Assembly: GCA_963664225.1 (NCBI GenBank)
Contig: OY760937.1
Coordinates: forward strand, 2,688,001-2,752,000
Source of the DNA: Verrucomicrobiia bacterium
GTDB taxonomy: Bacteria; Verrucomicrobiota; Verrucomicrobiia; Limisphaerales; UBA1319
Length of the DNA: 64,000 nt
Reading direction: 5' to 3'
The position numbers were made by a program, and so were the translations under genes. The notes below the pieces were generated by a model. The model was not told the DNA's origin. It worked only from the letters and a program-made list of their open reading frames with translations, and ran no database searches. Positions 1 through 9,801 of this stretch are shown in pieces (the first letter of the stretch is position 1; the number at the start of each line of letters is the position of its first letter).

Positions 1-1
1 G

Positions 2-1228
2 TTTGTTCACCTCCGCGATGACGTCGGCGGGTGGGCGTTTGCCGCAGCGCGGGCATTGGGCGCCGCCACCGTGGGACCAGCAGTTGGTCAGGTTCTCCGA
101 GGCGGTGATGGTGAGGAAGCCGCCAAGGTCCGGCACGGCGCTGCAAATCGTGGTGACCGAATCGCGGAGGAACTTCTGCACCTCCGGGACACTGGTGCAA
201 GGCACGGCATGATCGCCTTCCACGACGCCCTTCATCTCTGGGTGGGTTTCGAAAAATGCCAATGGCAGGGCGCGCGGCTCGTTGAGGTAGAGAAAGACGC
301 GGATGCCGTGACGCCCGGCCTGCGCCACGAGGGCGCGCAGGTTTTTCAACCGCTCCTCGTATCGCTCGCTGAACTTCGGATTCCACGGGTAGGGCGCGAG
401 CCTGGAGAGTTCGCCCTGGAGCCAGACACCGTTGACGCCCGCGCTGGCGAGACGGGCGAGGTAGCCGTCCGTATAAGGCGGGAATTCGGTGTCGAGCAGG
501 GGATCGCCATAGAGCGCGAAATAGGAATAGCAGAAGCGCAGGGAATCACCGGAGGCCGGCGGGTGTGCGCTGGAGGAGGATGGTTTCGACGAGAGGTCCG
601 CCACGAAAGAAAAGAGCGGATCGGCGGAGTTCGCGGCGCAATTCGGGAGTTCGCGTTGGAGAACCGCGGCCACCTCGCGCTCGCGCTGCCGGGTTATTTC
701 ATTGGACGGCTGGAAACGAAGCGGCTCGCAGTGGGGTTTCAGATTGCCCAGCTTGATGTAGAGGAAATCGTCCTCGCGCAGTGTGTAGGCCATTTCCTCC
801 GGCGTCCACTGGAGGAGTGTCAGGAGTTGCTCGTAGGGCAGGAGGTGCCAGTTGCGCCGGATGACCGTGATGTAAGAGCGGCGCTGTTGTTCCCGGGTGA
901 TGCGCGGGGGCTTGCCCAGGCCCATGGCCGCACCGAGTTGACGGATGTCCACCGGTTTGGCCCCTACGACAGCCGCCATGCGATCCACGGGCACCAGCGG
1001 CCAGTTCCGCCACACGAAGGCGTGGAGCCGGGTGGGAAAATGGGGACAGGCCACCGGCATCGGGGCGGCGCCTTTTGGCAACTCCGCGATGGAGAGGCCT
1101 GGAGCAGGCGTGATCGCGGGCGCGGGATCTGCGGCAAAAGCGGTTTCGCCAAACGCCAATCCAGCGGTGACGACGGAGGCCGTTTTAAGAAAGCGACGAC
1201 GGGACTGGGCTGAAGCAAATGGATTCAT
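2..1228 (-). CDS. Tat-exported hypothetical protein, probable glycoside-hydrolase-like TIM barrel (3' end outside window)
   Basis: Read manually on the minus strand: ATG at 1228 gives MNPFASAQSRRRFLKTASVVTAGLAFG (twin-arginine signal). The frame appears open to the window edge (…GVNGVWLQG…GIRVFLYLNEPR…). It is absent from the ORF track because there is no stop codon in the window. Confidence 0.7.
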   Translation of the reverse strand, partial: MNPFASAQSRRRFLKTASVVTAGLAFGETAFAADPAPAITPAPGLSIAELPKGAAPMPVACPHFPTRLHAFVWRNWPLVPVDRMAAVVGAKPVDIRQLGAAMGLGKPPRITREQQRRSYITVIRRNWHLLPYEQLLTLLQWTPEEMAYTLREDDFLYIKLGNLKPHCEPLRFQPSNEITRQREREVAAVLQRELPNCAANSADPLFSFVADLSSKPSSSSAHPPASGDSLRFCYSYFALYGDPLLDTEFPPYTDGYLARLASAGVNGVWLQGELSRLAPYPWNPKFSERYEERLKNLRALVAQAGRHGIRVFLYLNEPRALPLAFFETHPEMKGVVEGDHAVPCTSVPEVQKFLRDSVTTICSAVPDLGGFLTITASENLTNCWSHGGGAQCPRCGKRPPADVIAEVNK

Positions 1229-1383
1229 GAGCGCAAAGGTTAGAGTGAATGCGGGTTTCGCTCAAGCTAAATCCACAGGCTGTCAAGGAGATTATTGGAG
1301 GCCGCAATGAGTGCGCGGGCTGAGAAAATGAGAAAGCGCCGGGTGGGGATTCCCGACGCTTCAATTCAACGTGGCGGTGTTTA

Positions 1384-2715
1384 TTACGCGGCCGTGGCCA
1401 TCTGGCTTTGCCATTGCTTGACGGTGGCCTGCATGCGCTCGCGCACTTCATCCACACTGCCCATGCCGGAGACTTCCATGAGAAGCCCGCGCTGGCGGTA
1501 TTGATCGATCAATGGCTCGGTCTGCGCATGGAAGGACTTGAGCCGGGCGCGAATGGTTTCCGGATTATCGTCATCCCGCTGGAAGAGCGTGGCGCCGTCC
1601 GTGTCGCAAATGCCCGGCTTGGCCGGTTTCTTATATTCCTCGTGATAGGAGGTCTGGCAGACGGGACAGACACTGCGGCCGCCGAGGCGATACACGATTT
1701 CCTCATCGGAGACGTTGAGGTAGATGACGCCGTCGAGTGGACGCTGCAGCTCCATCAGGATTTCGTCCAGGGCCTGCGTTTGCGGCAGGGTGCGCGGAAA
1801 GCCGTCGAACATGAAACCCGCCGCGGCATCCGGTTGGGTGAGGCGCTCCTGCACCATGGCCTCGGTCAAATGGTCGGGGACCAGTTCGCCGCGGTTCATG
1901 TAACCTTGCGCGATTTTGCCCAGTTCCGTTTGCTCGGAAATGTTCGCGCGGAAAATGGATCCGGTCGAGATATGCGGAATGCCCAGGATGTGACAAAGGT
2001 ATTGCGCGTGGGTGCCCTTGCCGCTGCCCGGCCCGCCCAGGATCACCAGGTTGAGACCGCTGCGGCCCGAACCGCTCACGGGCAGAGGTTTCTTGTTGAA
2101 CAGGTTGGCGAGCAGGCGGCTGTCGCGCTTGCTCAACGGCGTTTTGCGGCCGGCCGCGAGTTCGCTGATCACCGGGAAGAGTTCCTGATAGACCTTATCG
2201 ACGGGCGGCTTGGCGCGCACGACCGACAGGCGGCCCGAGTCCGCATACCGTTTGAGCATGGGGCCGGTGGTACGGGCGAACACACGCTGGCGATGGCGCA
2301 AAATCTGGGGCCGGTCATCCTCGCGCGGCGGAATTCTCTTTGCGGCGCGCTCGAAAACAACGGTGTCGGGGATGGGCAGATAAATCGCGGCATCGAGCTT
2401 GCGATTGTAGCGCTCCAGAAGTTCGTCCAGGAACTGCGCCTGGTACTCGGTGGACGGGAAGCCGTCAAACACCAGCCCCTGGCGCGGCGGGGTATGACAC
2501 ACCGCTTCCTCGATGATCGCAGAGATCACCTCGTCGGGCACAAGTTCGCCACGGTCAATATAGCGGCGCGTGAGAATGCCCAGGAAAGTTTTCTTCTCCC
2601 GGTTCTCGCGCATCAACAAGCCAGGGGACACATGTTTCAAATCAAAAGCATCAATCAACAGGGTTGAGAGCGTGCTCTTGCCGGCGCAAGTTGGTCCTAT
2701 TAACGCAAAATTCAT
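1384..2715 (-). CDS. adk: Adenylate kinase-family protein with two tandem NMP-kinase domains
   Basis: Two P-loops (GPTCAGKST; GGPGSGKGT), two GELVPD and FDGFP motifs, and a zinc-type LID (CPVC…CDTD) in the second domain only. Confidence 0.85.
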   Translation of the reverse strand: MNFALIGPTCAGKSTLSTLLIDAFDLKHVSPGLLMRENREKKTFLGILTRRYIDRGELVPDEVISAIIEEAVCHTPPRQGLVFDGFPSTEYQAQFLDELLERYNRKLDAAIYLPIPDTVVFERAAKRIPPREDDRPQILRHRQRVFARTTGPMLKRYADSGRLSVVRAKPPVDKVYQELFPVISELAAGRKTPLSKRDSRLLANLFNKKPLPVSGSGRSGLNLVILGGPGSGKGTHAQYLCHILGIPHISTGSIFRANISEQTELGKIAQGYMNRGELVPDHLTEAMVQERLTQPDAAAGFMFDGFPRTLPQTQALDEILMELQRPLDGVIYLNVSDEEIVYRLGGRSVCPVCQTSYHEEYKKPAKPGICDTDGATLFQRDDDNPETIRARLKSFHAQTEPLIDQYRQRGLLMEVSGMGSVDEVRERMQATVKQWQSQMATAA

Positions 2716-2916
2716 CAGCGGGGCCATTCATAGCGTCAAGCGCGGAAAATTCCAAGTACCAATGCGACGAAATTATTAATACTTATGATACGCATCGATT
2801 GAATTTCTGCATTCGAATAATAAATGAAGGGCTCGAAGGCGATTCCGGCCCTCGTTTGATGCTTCCAATCCAAGCCCTTCCGAAGAAGGGCGGTCATGCG
2901 ATTGCGTGCCGAGATG

Positions 2917-4827
2917 CTAAATCATAAAGGCGGCGTCTTCACCGCGGATATGGAGATATTCCAGCAGCGTGTTCACGGAGGCGCTGACATCGAGCTGGTC
3001 GGTGCGCAGTTCGACCTCCGGGTTTGTGGGCGCTTCGTAAGGGGCGGAAACACCGGTGAACTCCTTGATTTCATTGGCGCGGGCTTTGGCGTAAAGGCCC
3101 TTGGGATCGCGGCGTTCGCAGATTTCAATGGGGGCGTTCACATACACCTCGATGAACTGGCCCGGGGCCACGAGGCCGCGCACGAAATCGCGATCCTCCT
3201 TGTAGGGCGATATGAAGGCCGTGATCAGGATCTGGCCGGAATCGACGAACAGTTTGGCGACTTCGCCCACGCGGCGGATGTTTTCCTTGCGGTCGCGCGG
3301 TGTAAACGTGAGATCGGAGCAAAGGCCGTGGCGGACGTTGTCGCCGTCCAGCACATAGGCCTGACGGCCCAGGACGAAGAGTTCGCGTTCCAGCTCGGTG
3401 GCGATGGTGGATTTGCCGGAACCCGAGAGGCCGGTGAGCCAGAGGATGCAGCCCGGATGACCGTTGCGCTGGGCGCGGTTTTCCACAGTGACCCTGCCGT
3501 GGCTCCAATAGATGTTGTCGCTTTTGTGGGCGGGCTCGGTCGTGTGACGCGGATACTGGCCGGGCACGATGATGCCGCCGCCGGCCACATCCACGCCGTC
3601 CACAATGACAAAGCGGCCTGTGGTGGCGAAATCGGTAAAGACATCGAAGGCGACCGGCTTGCGGGTTTTCAGGGTCAGCTCACCCACTTCGTGGCGGCCC
3701 ACGAAAACCTCCTTGGTGGTGCGCTTGATGGATTCGAGCGTGGAGGCGTCGATGACCTTGTCCAGCTTCTCGATTTCGCACTCGACCTCCTGGGTGGCCA
3801 GCTTGAGCTTGTATTTGCGGCCTTTCTGGAAGGGCTTTTTTCCCAGCCAGAAGATGCGGGTGTTAAAGTGCGACCACTCAAACGGGGGCGCAGCCTCGAG
3901 GGCGGCCACAGCGCCGCGTTCCACGAAGATTTGCTCGGTCAGGGTGATGCCAATGCTTTCACCGGCATCCGCGAAATCGCGCGAAGGGGCGTTCCAGCGT
4001 TCGATGGATTTGACCGTACTGGCCTTGTTATACGGCGAGAACAACAGGCGGTCGCCCACCTTGATGGAGCCGGATTCGATGCGCCCGGCAAGAATGCGGC
4101 GTTCGTCAAAGCGGTAAACATCCTGAATGGGGAAACGCAGGGGCTTGCCGCTGGGCATTTCCGAGGCGGCGAAATTATCGAGCGCCTCGACCACCGTGGG
4201 GCCCTTCCACCAGGGCATATTGGTGCCGCGGTCGGAGATGTTATCCCCGTTGCGGGCGGCGATGGGAATGAAAACGATGGGTTCGACGCCGATGCTTTTA
4301 AGCCAGGCGCGATACTCCGCCTCGATCTGGTCGAATCGGGCCTGACTGTAATCGGCCAGGTCCATCTTGTTGACGAGAACCGCGATCTGGCGGATACCGA
4401 GCAAATTCAGCAGGAACCCGTGACGCCGGGAATTTTCCTGCACGCCTTCGTGGGCATCGATCAACAACAGCGCGGCCTCCGCGTTGGCCGCGCCGGTGAC
4501 CATGTTCTTCAGGAACTCCTTATGGCCCGGAGCATCGATGATGACGTATTGGCGCTTCTGGGTGCGGAACCAGATTTGGGCAGTGTCGATGGTGATGTTC
4601 TGGTCGCGCTCAGATTGGAGGGCGTCCATGAGGTTGGCCCACTCGAAGGGCACACCGCGGCGCTCGGCGATCTGCTGGAGTTGCTCGAGCTTGCCCTCGG
4701 GCAGCGAGCCGGTGTCATGAAAGAGACGGCCCACAAAGGTGGATTTGCCGTGATCGACATGGCCGACGATGACGATCTTCAGTTGTTCACTGGGTATGGT
4801 GGAAAGCATAGGTGGAGTTTCGCTCAA
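2917..4827 (-). CDS. cysNC: Bifunctional sulfate adenylyltransferase subunit 1 / adenylylsulfate kinase
   Basis: EF-Tu-like [14 protein letters not shown] and NKMD motifs; C-terminal APS kinase [22 protein letters not shown]. Alternative start at 4809. Confidence 0.95.
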   Translation of the reverse strand: MSETPPMLSTIPSEQLKIVIVGHVDHGKSTFVGRLFHDTGSLPEGKLEQLQQIAERRGVPFEWANLMDALQSERDQNITIDTAQIWFRTQKRQYVIIDAPGHKEFLKNMVTGAANAEAALLLIDAHEGVQENSRRHGFLLNLLGIRQIAVLVNKMDLADYSQARFDQIEAEYRAWLKSIGVEPIVFIPIAARNGDNISDRGTNMPWWKGPTVVEALDNFAASEMPSGKPLRFPIQDVYRFDERRILAGRIESGSIKVGDRLLFSPYNKASTVKSIERWNAPSRDFADAGESIGITLTEQIFVERGAVAALEAAPPFEWSHFNTRIFWLGKKPFQKGRKYKLKLATQEVECEIEKLDKVIDASTLESIKRTTKEVFVGRHEVGELTLKTRKPVAFDVFTDFATTGRFVIVDGVDVAGGGIIVPGQYPRHTTEPAHKSDNIYWSHGRVTVENRAQRNGHPGCILWLTGLSGSGKSTIATELERELFVLGRQAYVLDGDNVRHGLCSDLTFTPRDRKENIRRVGEVAKLFVDSGQILITAFISPYKEDRDFVRGLVAPGQFIEVYVNAPIEICERRDPKGLYAKARANEIKEFTGVSAPYEAPTNPEVELRTDQLDVSASVNTLLEYLHIRGEDAAFMI

Positions 4828-4848
4828 AATGGTCGTCGTGGGGTTGGT

Positions 4849-5661
4849 TCACATGTAACCGTCGCGGCGGAGCTTTTCAAAGGCGTCCTCGCTCTCCTTG
4901 TCCTGGGCGCGACCGGCGCGCTCGGGGGTGTTCGTGGCGCGGAGTTCCTCGATGATCTCCTTGACCGTGCGCGCCTGGGATTTTATGGGAAAGGTGCAGG
5001 GGAAGCAACCGAGGCTGCGATAGCGTTCGCCCTTTTCATTGGCGAAATAGAGGGGAATGACCGGGATGTTTTCCCGCTCGATGTATTCCCAGATGTTCAG
5101 CTCGGTCCAGTGCAGCAACGGATGGATGCGGATGTGGGTGCCGGGATTGAAATCGGTCTTGAACTGGTCCCACAACTCGGGGGGCTGGTCCTCGACATTC
5201 CACTCCATGTTCTTGTCGCGCGGGCTGAAATAGCGTTCCTTGGCGCGGGTGGGTTCCTCGTCGCGGCGCACACCGACAATGACGCCGGTGAAATGGTGTT
5301 CCTCGAGCACCTGCTTGAGGGCATCCTTCTTGAGCGTGCCGCAGCATTGCACGCGGGTGGCCTTGCCATTGGGATAGGTATCGCCAGCGGCCAGCACCGC
5401 CTCATTCTTGCCGACCACCAGGTCGAGCTTCCAGTCGTGGCAGAGCCGGTCCCGATACTCGATCATGGACGGGATTTTGTAGGTGGTATCCACATGCACC
5501 AGCGGGAAGGGCACATGGCCGAAGAAGGCCTTGCGTGCCAGCCAGAGCAGCACGGTGGAGTCCTTGCCGATGCTCCAGAGCATGGCCATGTTTTCGAATT
5601 TATTAAATGCCTCCCGAAGTATATAGATACTTTGGTTTTCCAGTTTAGACAAATAGTCCAT
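4849..5661 (-). CDS. cysD: Sulfate adenylyltransferase subunit 2
   Basis: SIGKDS PP-loop, RRDEE..RAKER and RYRSLGC motifs; adjacent to cysNC. Confidence 0.95.
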   Translation of the reverse strand: MDYLSKLENQSIYILREAFNKFENMAMLWSIGKDSTVLLWLARKAFFGHVPFPLVHVDTTYKIPSMIEYRDRLCHDWKLDLVVGKNEAVLAAGDTYPNGKATRVQCCGTLKKDALKQVLEEHHFTGVIVGVRRDEEPTRAKERYFSPRDKNMEWNVEDQPPELWDQFKTDFNPGTHIRIHPLLHWTELNIWEYIERENIPVIPLYFANEKGERYRSLGCFPCTFPIKSQARTVKEIIEELRATNTPERAGRAQDKESEDAFEKLRRDGYM

Positions 5662-5727
5662 TAATATGTGGTATTCTGAATTTAACTTACCCTCACTAAA
5701 ATATTATTCGACCCGTGGCTTTCCTCC

Positions 5728-6459
5728 TCACTTCTTTTTCATGAAAGTGTGAATGCCGCATTCTTTCTTTTCAAAGCCGGTCCAGCGCCCCGCCCGCTCA
5801 TCCTCGCCCTCGCTGGTTTTCCGCGTGCACGGCTGGCAACCGATGGAGCGATAGCCCTGGTCCTGCAGCGGATTGTAGGGAATGCCGTGCTTCTTCAAAT
5901 AGTCCCAGACGGCCTGACGCGTCCAACCCGCCATGGGGTTCAGCTTGACGATGTCGCGACCGGAGTTTTCGTCGGCGATGAATAACTCGACAATGCCGAC
6001 ATCCGCGCGGGTATCGCTCTGCTCGCGACGCAGACCGGTGATCCAGCAATCCAGGTCCGACAGACGGTCGCGCAGCGGCAGCACCTTGCGCAGCGTGCAG
6101 CACAGGTCGGGATCGGACTTCCAAAGGGCCGGTCCGTGCGCGGCCTCCTGCTGGGAGACGGTCAAATCCGGTTCCAGCGCCTGAATGCGATAACCGAAAA
6201 AATCCTCGAGCCGTTTTTTTAGCGCGATCGTTTCCGGGAACAGCAGGCCGGTATCCAGCGTGAACACCGGGAACTCCAGGCCGTTGGTTTTGGCCAGGTG
6301 CATCATGACCAGGCCCGCGCCCTGGAAACTGGTGCCGATGGCCGCGCGCGCGCCAAAACGGTCCCAGGCCCAACGCAGGATATCGTCCGTGGACTGTCCC
6401 GTGAAGCGGGCGTTGAGTCCGGCGATTTCCTCTGCGGCGATCAAGGTTTGTGGCGGCAT
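5728..6459 (-). CDS. cysH: APS/PAPS reductase (4Fe-4S type)
   Basis: CCTLRK, SIGCQPCT and C-terminal ECGIH motifs; start set at MPPQTL (6459), downstream of the cysI stop. Confidence 0.92.
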   Translation of the reverse strand: MPPQTLIAAEEIAGLNARFTGQSTDDILRWAWDRFGARAAIGTSFQGAGLVMMHLAKTNGLEFPVFTLDTGLLFPETIALKKRLEDFFGYRIQALEPDLTVSQQEAAHGPALWKSDPDLCCTLRKVLPLRDRLSDLDCWITGLRREQSDTRADVGIVELFIADENSGRDIVKLNPMAGWTRQAVWDYLKKHGIPYNPLQDQGYRSIGCQPCTRKTSEGEDERAGRWTGFEKKECGIHTFMKKK

Positions 6460-6485
6460 TTGTCCCGTTGTCCCGTGGTTCGAAA

Positions 6486-8168
6486 TCAGGCCGTCGGCGC
6501 GGGTTCGTTCCAGAGCACCCGGGCCACCCAGTCGCCAAAACGTTCGCCGGCTAATCGCTCCTTGCCATACCGTTCCAGCAAGGGACGCAATTCGTTGATG
6601 ATATCCGCGTCCTTGACGGTGTCCTTGTAAAGCCGGTTGAGACGGGTGCCCGCCTCGTCGCCGCCCAGGTAGAGCTGATAGCGTCCGGGGGCCTTGCCCA
6701 CGAAACCGATCTCCGCCATGTAAGGCCGGGCGCAACCGTTGGGGCAGCCAGTCATGCGGGTGATGATTTCCAGATCCCCAAGGCCCAGTTCGGTGAGCAA
6801 CTCCTCGATGCGTGTGATCAAATCCGGCAGGTAACGCTCGGATTCGGCCAGGCCCAGACCGCAGGTGGGCAGGGAGACGCAGGCCATGGAGGAGCGCCGT
6901 AGAGCGGACCCCTGATTCTCGACGGGTATTCCATGCTCGGCCAGGATCTTATTGATCGGCTCGCGCTGGTCGGCGAAGAGGTTCACCAGGATCATGTTAT
7001 TTCCCGGTGTCAGATGGATCTCGGGCTGGAATTGCTGCACAATCTTTTGCAGGGCGGTTTTGAGCCTGCGCGGACCGTTGTCGCGAATACGGCCGGTCTC
7101 GACGAAGAGGCCCAGATACCATTTGCCATTGGATTGGGGCTGCCAGCCGAAGGTGTCGCCCTGGCGGGTGAAGGTGTACGGACGGGCGGGTTGCAGCGTG
7201 AACCCGGCGCGTTTGGAGAATTCCTCGCGGAACCAATCGATGCCGCGATCCGCGAGAATGTATTTCAGGCGGGCGTGTTTGCGGTTGGAGCGGTCGCCAA
7301 AATCGCGATGAATGGTGACCACGGCCCGCACCGCCGCATCGACTTGCTCAGGCGTGATGAACCCGGCCAGGTCGGCCACACGCGGGAAGGTGTCGGGATT
7401 GTTGTGGCTGCGCCCCATGCCGCCGCCCACGGTCAGATTGTAGCCGGTCAACGCCCCTTTCTCCACAATCGCGATCAAACCCACGCAATTGGTCAGGACG
7501 TCCACGTCGTTTACGGGGGGAATGGCGAAGGCGATCTTGAATTTGCGCGGGAGATAGGTCTGGCCGTAAAGAGGGTCGGCAAAGTCCGTATCCGTCGGTT
7601 TTTCGAGGTCCAACTCCTTGCCGTCCAGCCAGATTTCGTGATAGGCCGGGGTGGTTGGGGTGAGCATTTTGGACAACTGACGGGCGCTCTCGCGGATTTG
7701 TTCCGCGACGCCATCGGTGGCCGGTGACGGTGGGGCCATGACGTTGCGCACGACATCCCCGCAGGCCGCAATGGTGGTCAACAGCACGCGGTTGATGCCC
7801 TGGATCGATTGGACAATGTTGGTTTTAACGATACCGTGAAACTGGATGGCCTGTCGCGAGGTGATCCGCAGCGTGTTGTTCGCGTAGGTGGTCGATAATT
7901 CATCCAGGGCCAGATATTGCGCCGGGGCGAGAATGCCGCCCGGAATGCGCACGCGGACCATCAGGATGTATTTCTTGAAGGTTTTGCGCAAATCCCGGTC
8001 GTCCTGCTGGTAGATGCCGTGGAACTTAAGAAACTGGTTGTCCTCTTCGGTGAAATGATCGACTTCCGGTTTGGCCAGAGTTTGCGCAATGGTGCCGTCC
8101 AGGGTCGGGTGGGCCGCCTTCATCAACTCGTTGGCAGAGGGCGCTGTTGCGCTGGTGTTCGGTGTCAT
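6486..8168 (-). CDS. cysI: Assimilatory sulfite reductase hemoprotein subunit
   Basis: KFHGIYQQDDRD, YLPRKFK, and siroheme/4Fe-4S ligands CVSLPTC…GCPNGC. Confidence 0.93.
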   Translation of the reverse strand: MTPNTSATAPSANELMKAAHPTLDGTIAQTLAKPEVDHFTEEDNQFLKFHGIYQQDDRDLRKTFKKYILMVRVRIPGGILAPAQYLALDELSTTYANNTLRITSRQAIQFHGIVKTNIVQSIQGINRVLLTTIAACGDVVRNVMAPPSPATDGVAEQIRESARQLSKMLTPTTPAYHEIWLDGKELDLEKPTDTDFADPLYGQTYLPRKFKIAFAIPPVNDVDVLTNCVGLIAIVEKGALTGYNLTVGGGMGRSHNNPDTFPRVADLAGFITPEQVDAAVRAVVTIHRDFGDRSNRKHARLKYILADRGIDWFREEFSKRAGFTLQPARPYTFTRQGDTFGWQPQSNGKWYLGLFVETGRIRDNGPRRLKTALQKIVQQFQPEIHLTPGNNMILVNLFADQREPINKILAEHGIPVENQGSALRRSSMACVSLPTCGLGLAESERYLPDLITRIEELLTELGLGDLEIITRMTGCPNGCARPYMAEIGFVGKAPGRYQLYLGGDEAGTRLNRLYKDTVKDADIINELRPLLERYGKERLAGERFGDWVARVLWNEPAPTA

Positions 8169-8281
8169 AAAGTAGCGTTAGTCGCCCGTTACACTAATGG
8201 CTTCCGGTTAATTTTCAAATCACTAACCGGGATGCTCATGAATCCGCGGTAACGGTGCGAATAAACGATCATTCATGTCGT

Positions 8282-8309
8282 ATATTACACCATTCAAGCG
8301 ATGTGTCAA
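8282..8309 (-). promoter_or_regulatory. Putative sigma70 promoter of the cys operon
   Basis: Minus strand TTGACA-16 nt-TAATAT, about 115 nt upstream of cysI. Confidence 0.45.
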
Positions 8310-8435
8310 ATGATGGGTGCAATAAAAGGGGCGAATAACACAAGACGTTGCGGTCCGCTCAGCCCACGCCTGATGCATTCCTCGGGCCGATTGCGCTTAG
8401 CTGTCCTTTAAATCATGTCTGACGCACCCGCCAAA

Positions 8436-9773
8436 CTAAACATCCAACTTCCAACCATTACTCTTAGGTCGGTGAAGCATGCGGTTGGCATCGCTGTTTC
8501 CGATGCACTCTTCTCTCTTGGGATCCCATTTGAGCTTCTGCCCAAGCCGTCCTGCGGTTTCGGTCAGCATGCCAAGATAGGAGGCTTTGTGAGTGACATC
8601 CACATCGGAAACAGGATCCTTTCGGGAACGCACACATTCCAGGAAGTTGCCCACATGGTTCTGGGACTTGTAGAGATGCAGGTCTTCCGGGCGGAGCTTG
8701 ATTTCCAGGAGGGAATCCTCGGAGGCCACCAGGCCGGGATGACCGGCCCATTGGCGATCGACCCGCACCCAGCCTTTGTCGCCGATGAAACGGCAGCCGG
8801 TGGGCATTTTCTTCTGGTCCTTAAAGACCAGCTTCAAACCGCTGGCGTACGTGTAGGTCGCGTCCCACTCGTTTACGGTGTCGGTAAAGCCTTCGTTGCG
8901 CCACGTCACCCGGCTTTCGATTTCAAATGGTTCCCTGCCCAACTCCGGACAGCCCCACAAGGCGATATCGAGATGATGCACGCCCCAGTTCACCGTCCAG
9001 CCGCGGGAGTAGTCGGAGATCATGAACCAGTCCCCGCTGGTCCGGGCCGGATGATAGGGGCGCCGCTGGGCCGGACCCTGCCACATCTCCCAATCGAAGC
9101 CTGCGGGCACTGGCGCCGGGGGCTGAGGTTCGCGCGGGCCCTTGTAGCCGGCTGTGTACTTGGTCCCGTCGGTGGCCACCTCGACCGTGTGAATCTTGCC
9201 GAAATATCCGTTGCGGGCCAATTCGCAGGTAAAGCGGAAATCGCGGGCCGAACGCTGCCAGGTGCCGGCTTGGAAAACCCGCTGGTGCTTCCGCACAGCA
9301 GCGCGGATCGCCTGGCCGTCATCGAGAGAGACCCCCATCGGCTTCTCGCAATACATGTCCTTGCCGGCTTTCGCAGCCGCAGTCGCGATGAGGGAATGCC
9401 AATGGTCCTGCGTGGCAATCATCACGGCGTCAATATCCTTGCGCGCCAGTAACTCGCGCCAGTCGGCAATCATTGCGCAGCCTTGATCGGCATACTGGGC
9501 ATCCACACGTTCTTTGGCTTTTTGCCGCCTGCTCTCGCTCACATCGCAAATGGCGACGACCCGGCAGTCGGGCTGGCCCAGAAATGATTTCATGTTCTCC
9601 GTACCCATGCCCCCGACGCCAATGCAGCCGATCGTGATCTTGTTGCCCGGGGCGGTCTGGCCCTCCGCGCCGAAAACGGATGACGGTATGATGATGGGAA
9701 CGGCCATCGCTCCTGCGGCACAGGCTGCGGTGGACAGGAATTGGCGGCGGGTTGGGTGTGTGGAGTGGTTCAT
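8436..9773 (-). CDS. Tat-exported Gfo/Idh/MocA family oxidoreductase
   Basis: TRRQFL Tat motif, IGVGGMG, CEKP and NWGVHHLD motifs. Confidence 0.9.
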   Translation of the reverse strand: MNHSTHPTRRQFLSTAACAAGAMAVPIIIPSSVFGAEGQTAPGNKITIGCIGVGGMGTENMKSFLGQPDCRVVAICDVSESRRQKAKERVDAQYADQGCAMIADWRELLARKDIDAVMIATQDHWHSLIATAAAKAGKDMYCEKPMGVSLDDGQAIRAAVRKHQRVFQAGTWQRSARDFRFTCELARNGYFGKIHTVEVATDGTKYTAGYKGPREPQPPAPVPAGFDWEMWQGPAQRRPYHPARTSGDWFMISDYSRGWTVNWGVHHLDIALWGCPELGREPFEIESRVTWRNEGFTDTVNEWDATYTYASGLKLVFKDQKKMPTGCRFIGDKGWVRVDRQWAGHPGLVASEDSLLEIKLRPEDLHLYKSQNHVGNFLECVRSRKDPVSDVDVTHKASYLGMLTETAGRLGQKLKWDPKREECIGNSDANRMLHRPKSNGWKLDV

Positions 9774-9801
9774 TGAGCTTGGGTGAGTTTTGGTGTGGGT
9801 T

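Noticed and set aside
56..1213. 385-aa plus-strand ORF
   Set aside because: Antisense shadow of the Tat-signal gene on the minus strand; no motifs of its own.
2896..5664. 922-aa plus-strand ORF
   Set aside because: Mirror of cysNC and cysD in GC-rich DNA. The same applies to 1408-2667, 18865-20532, 33768-35189 and 36986-39049.
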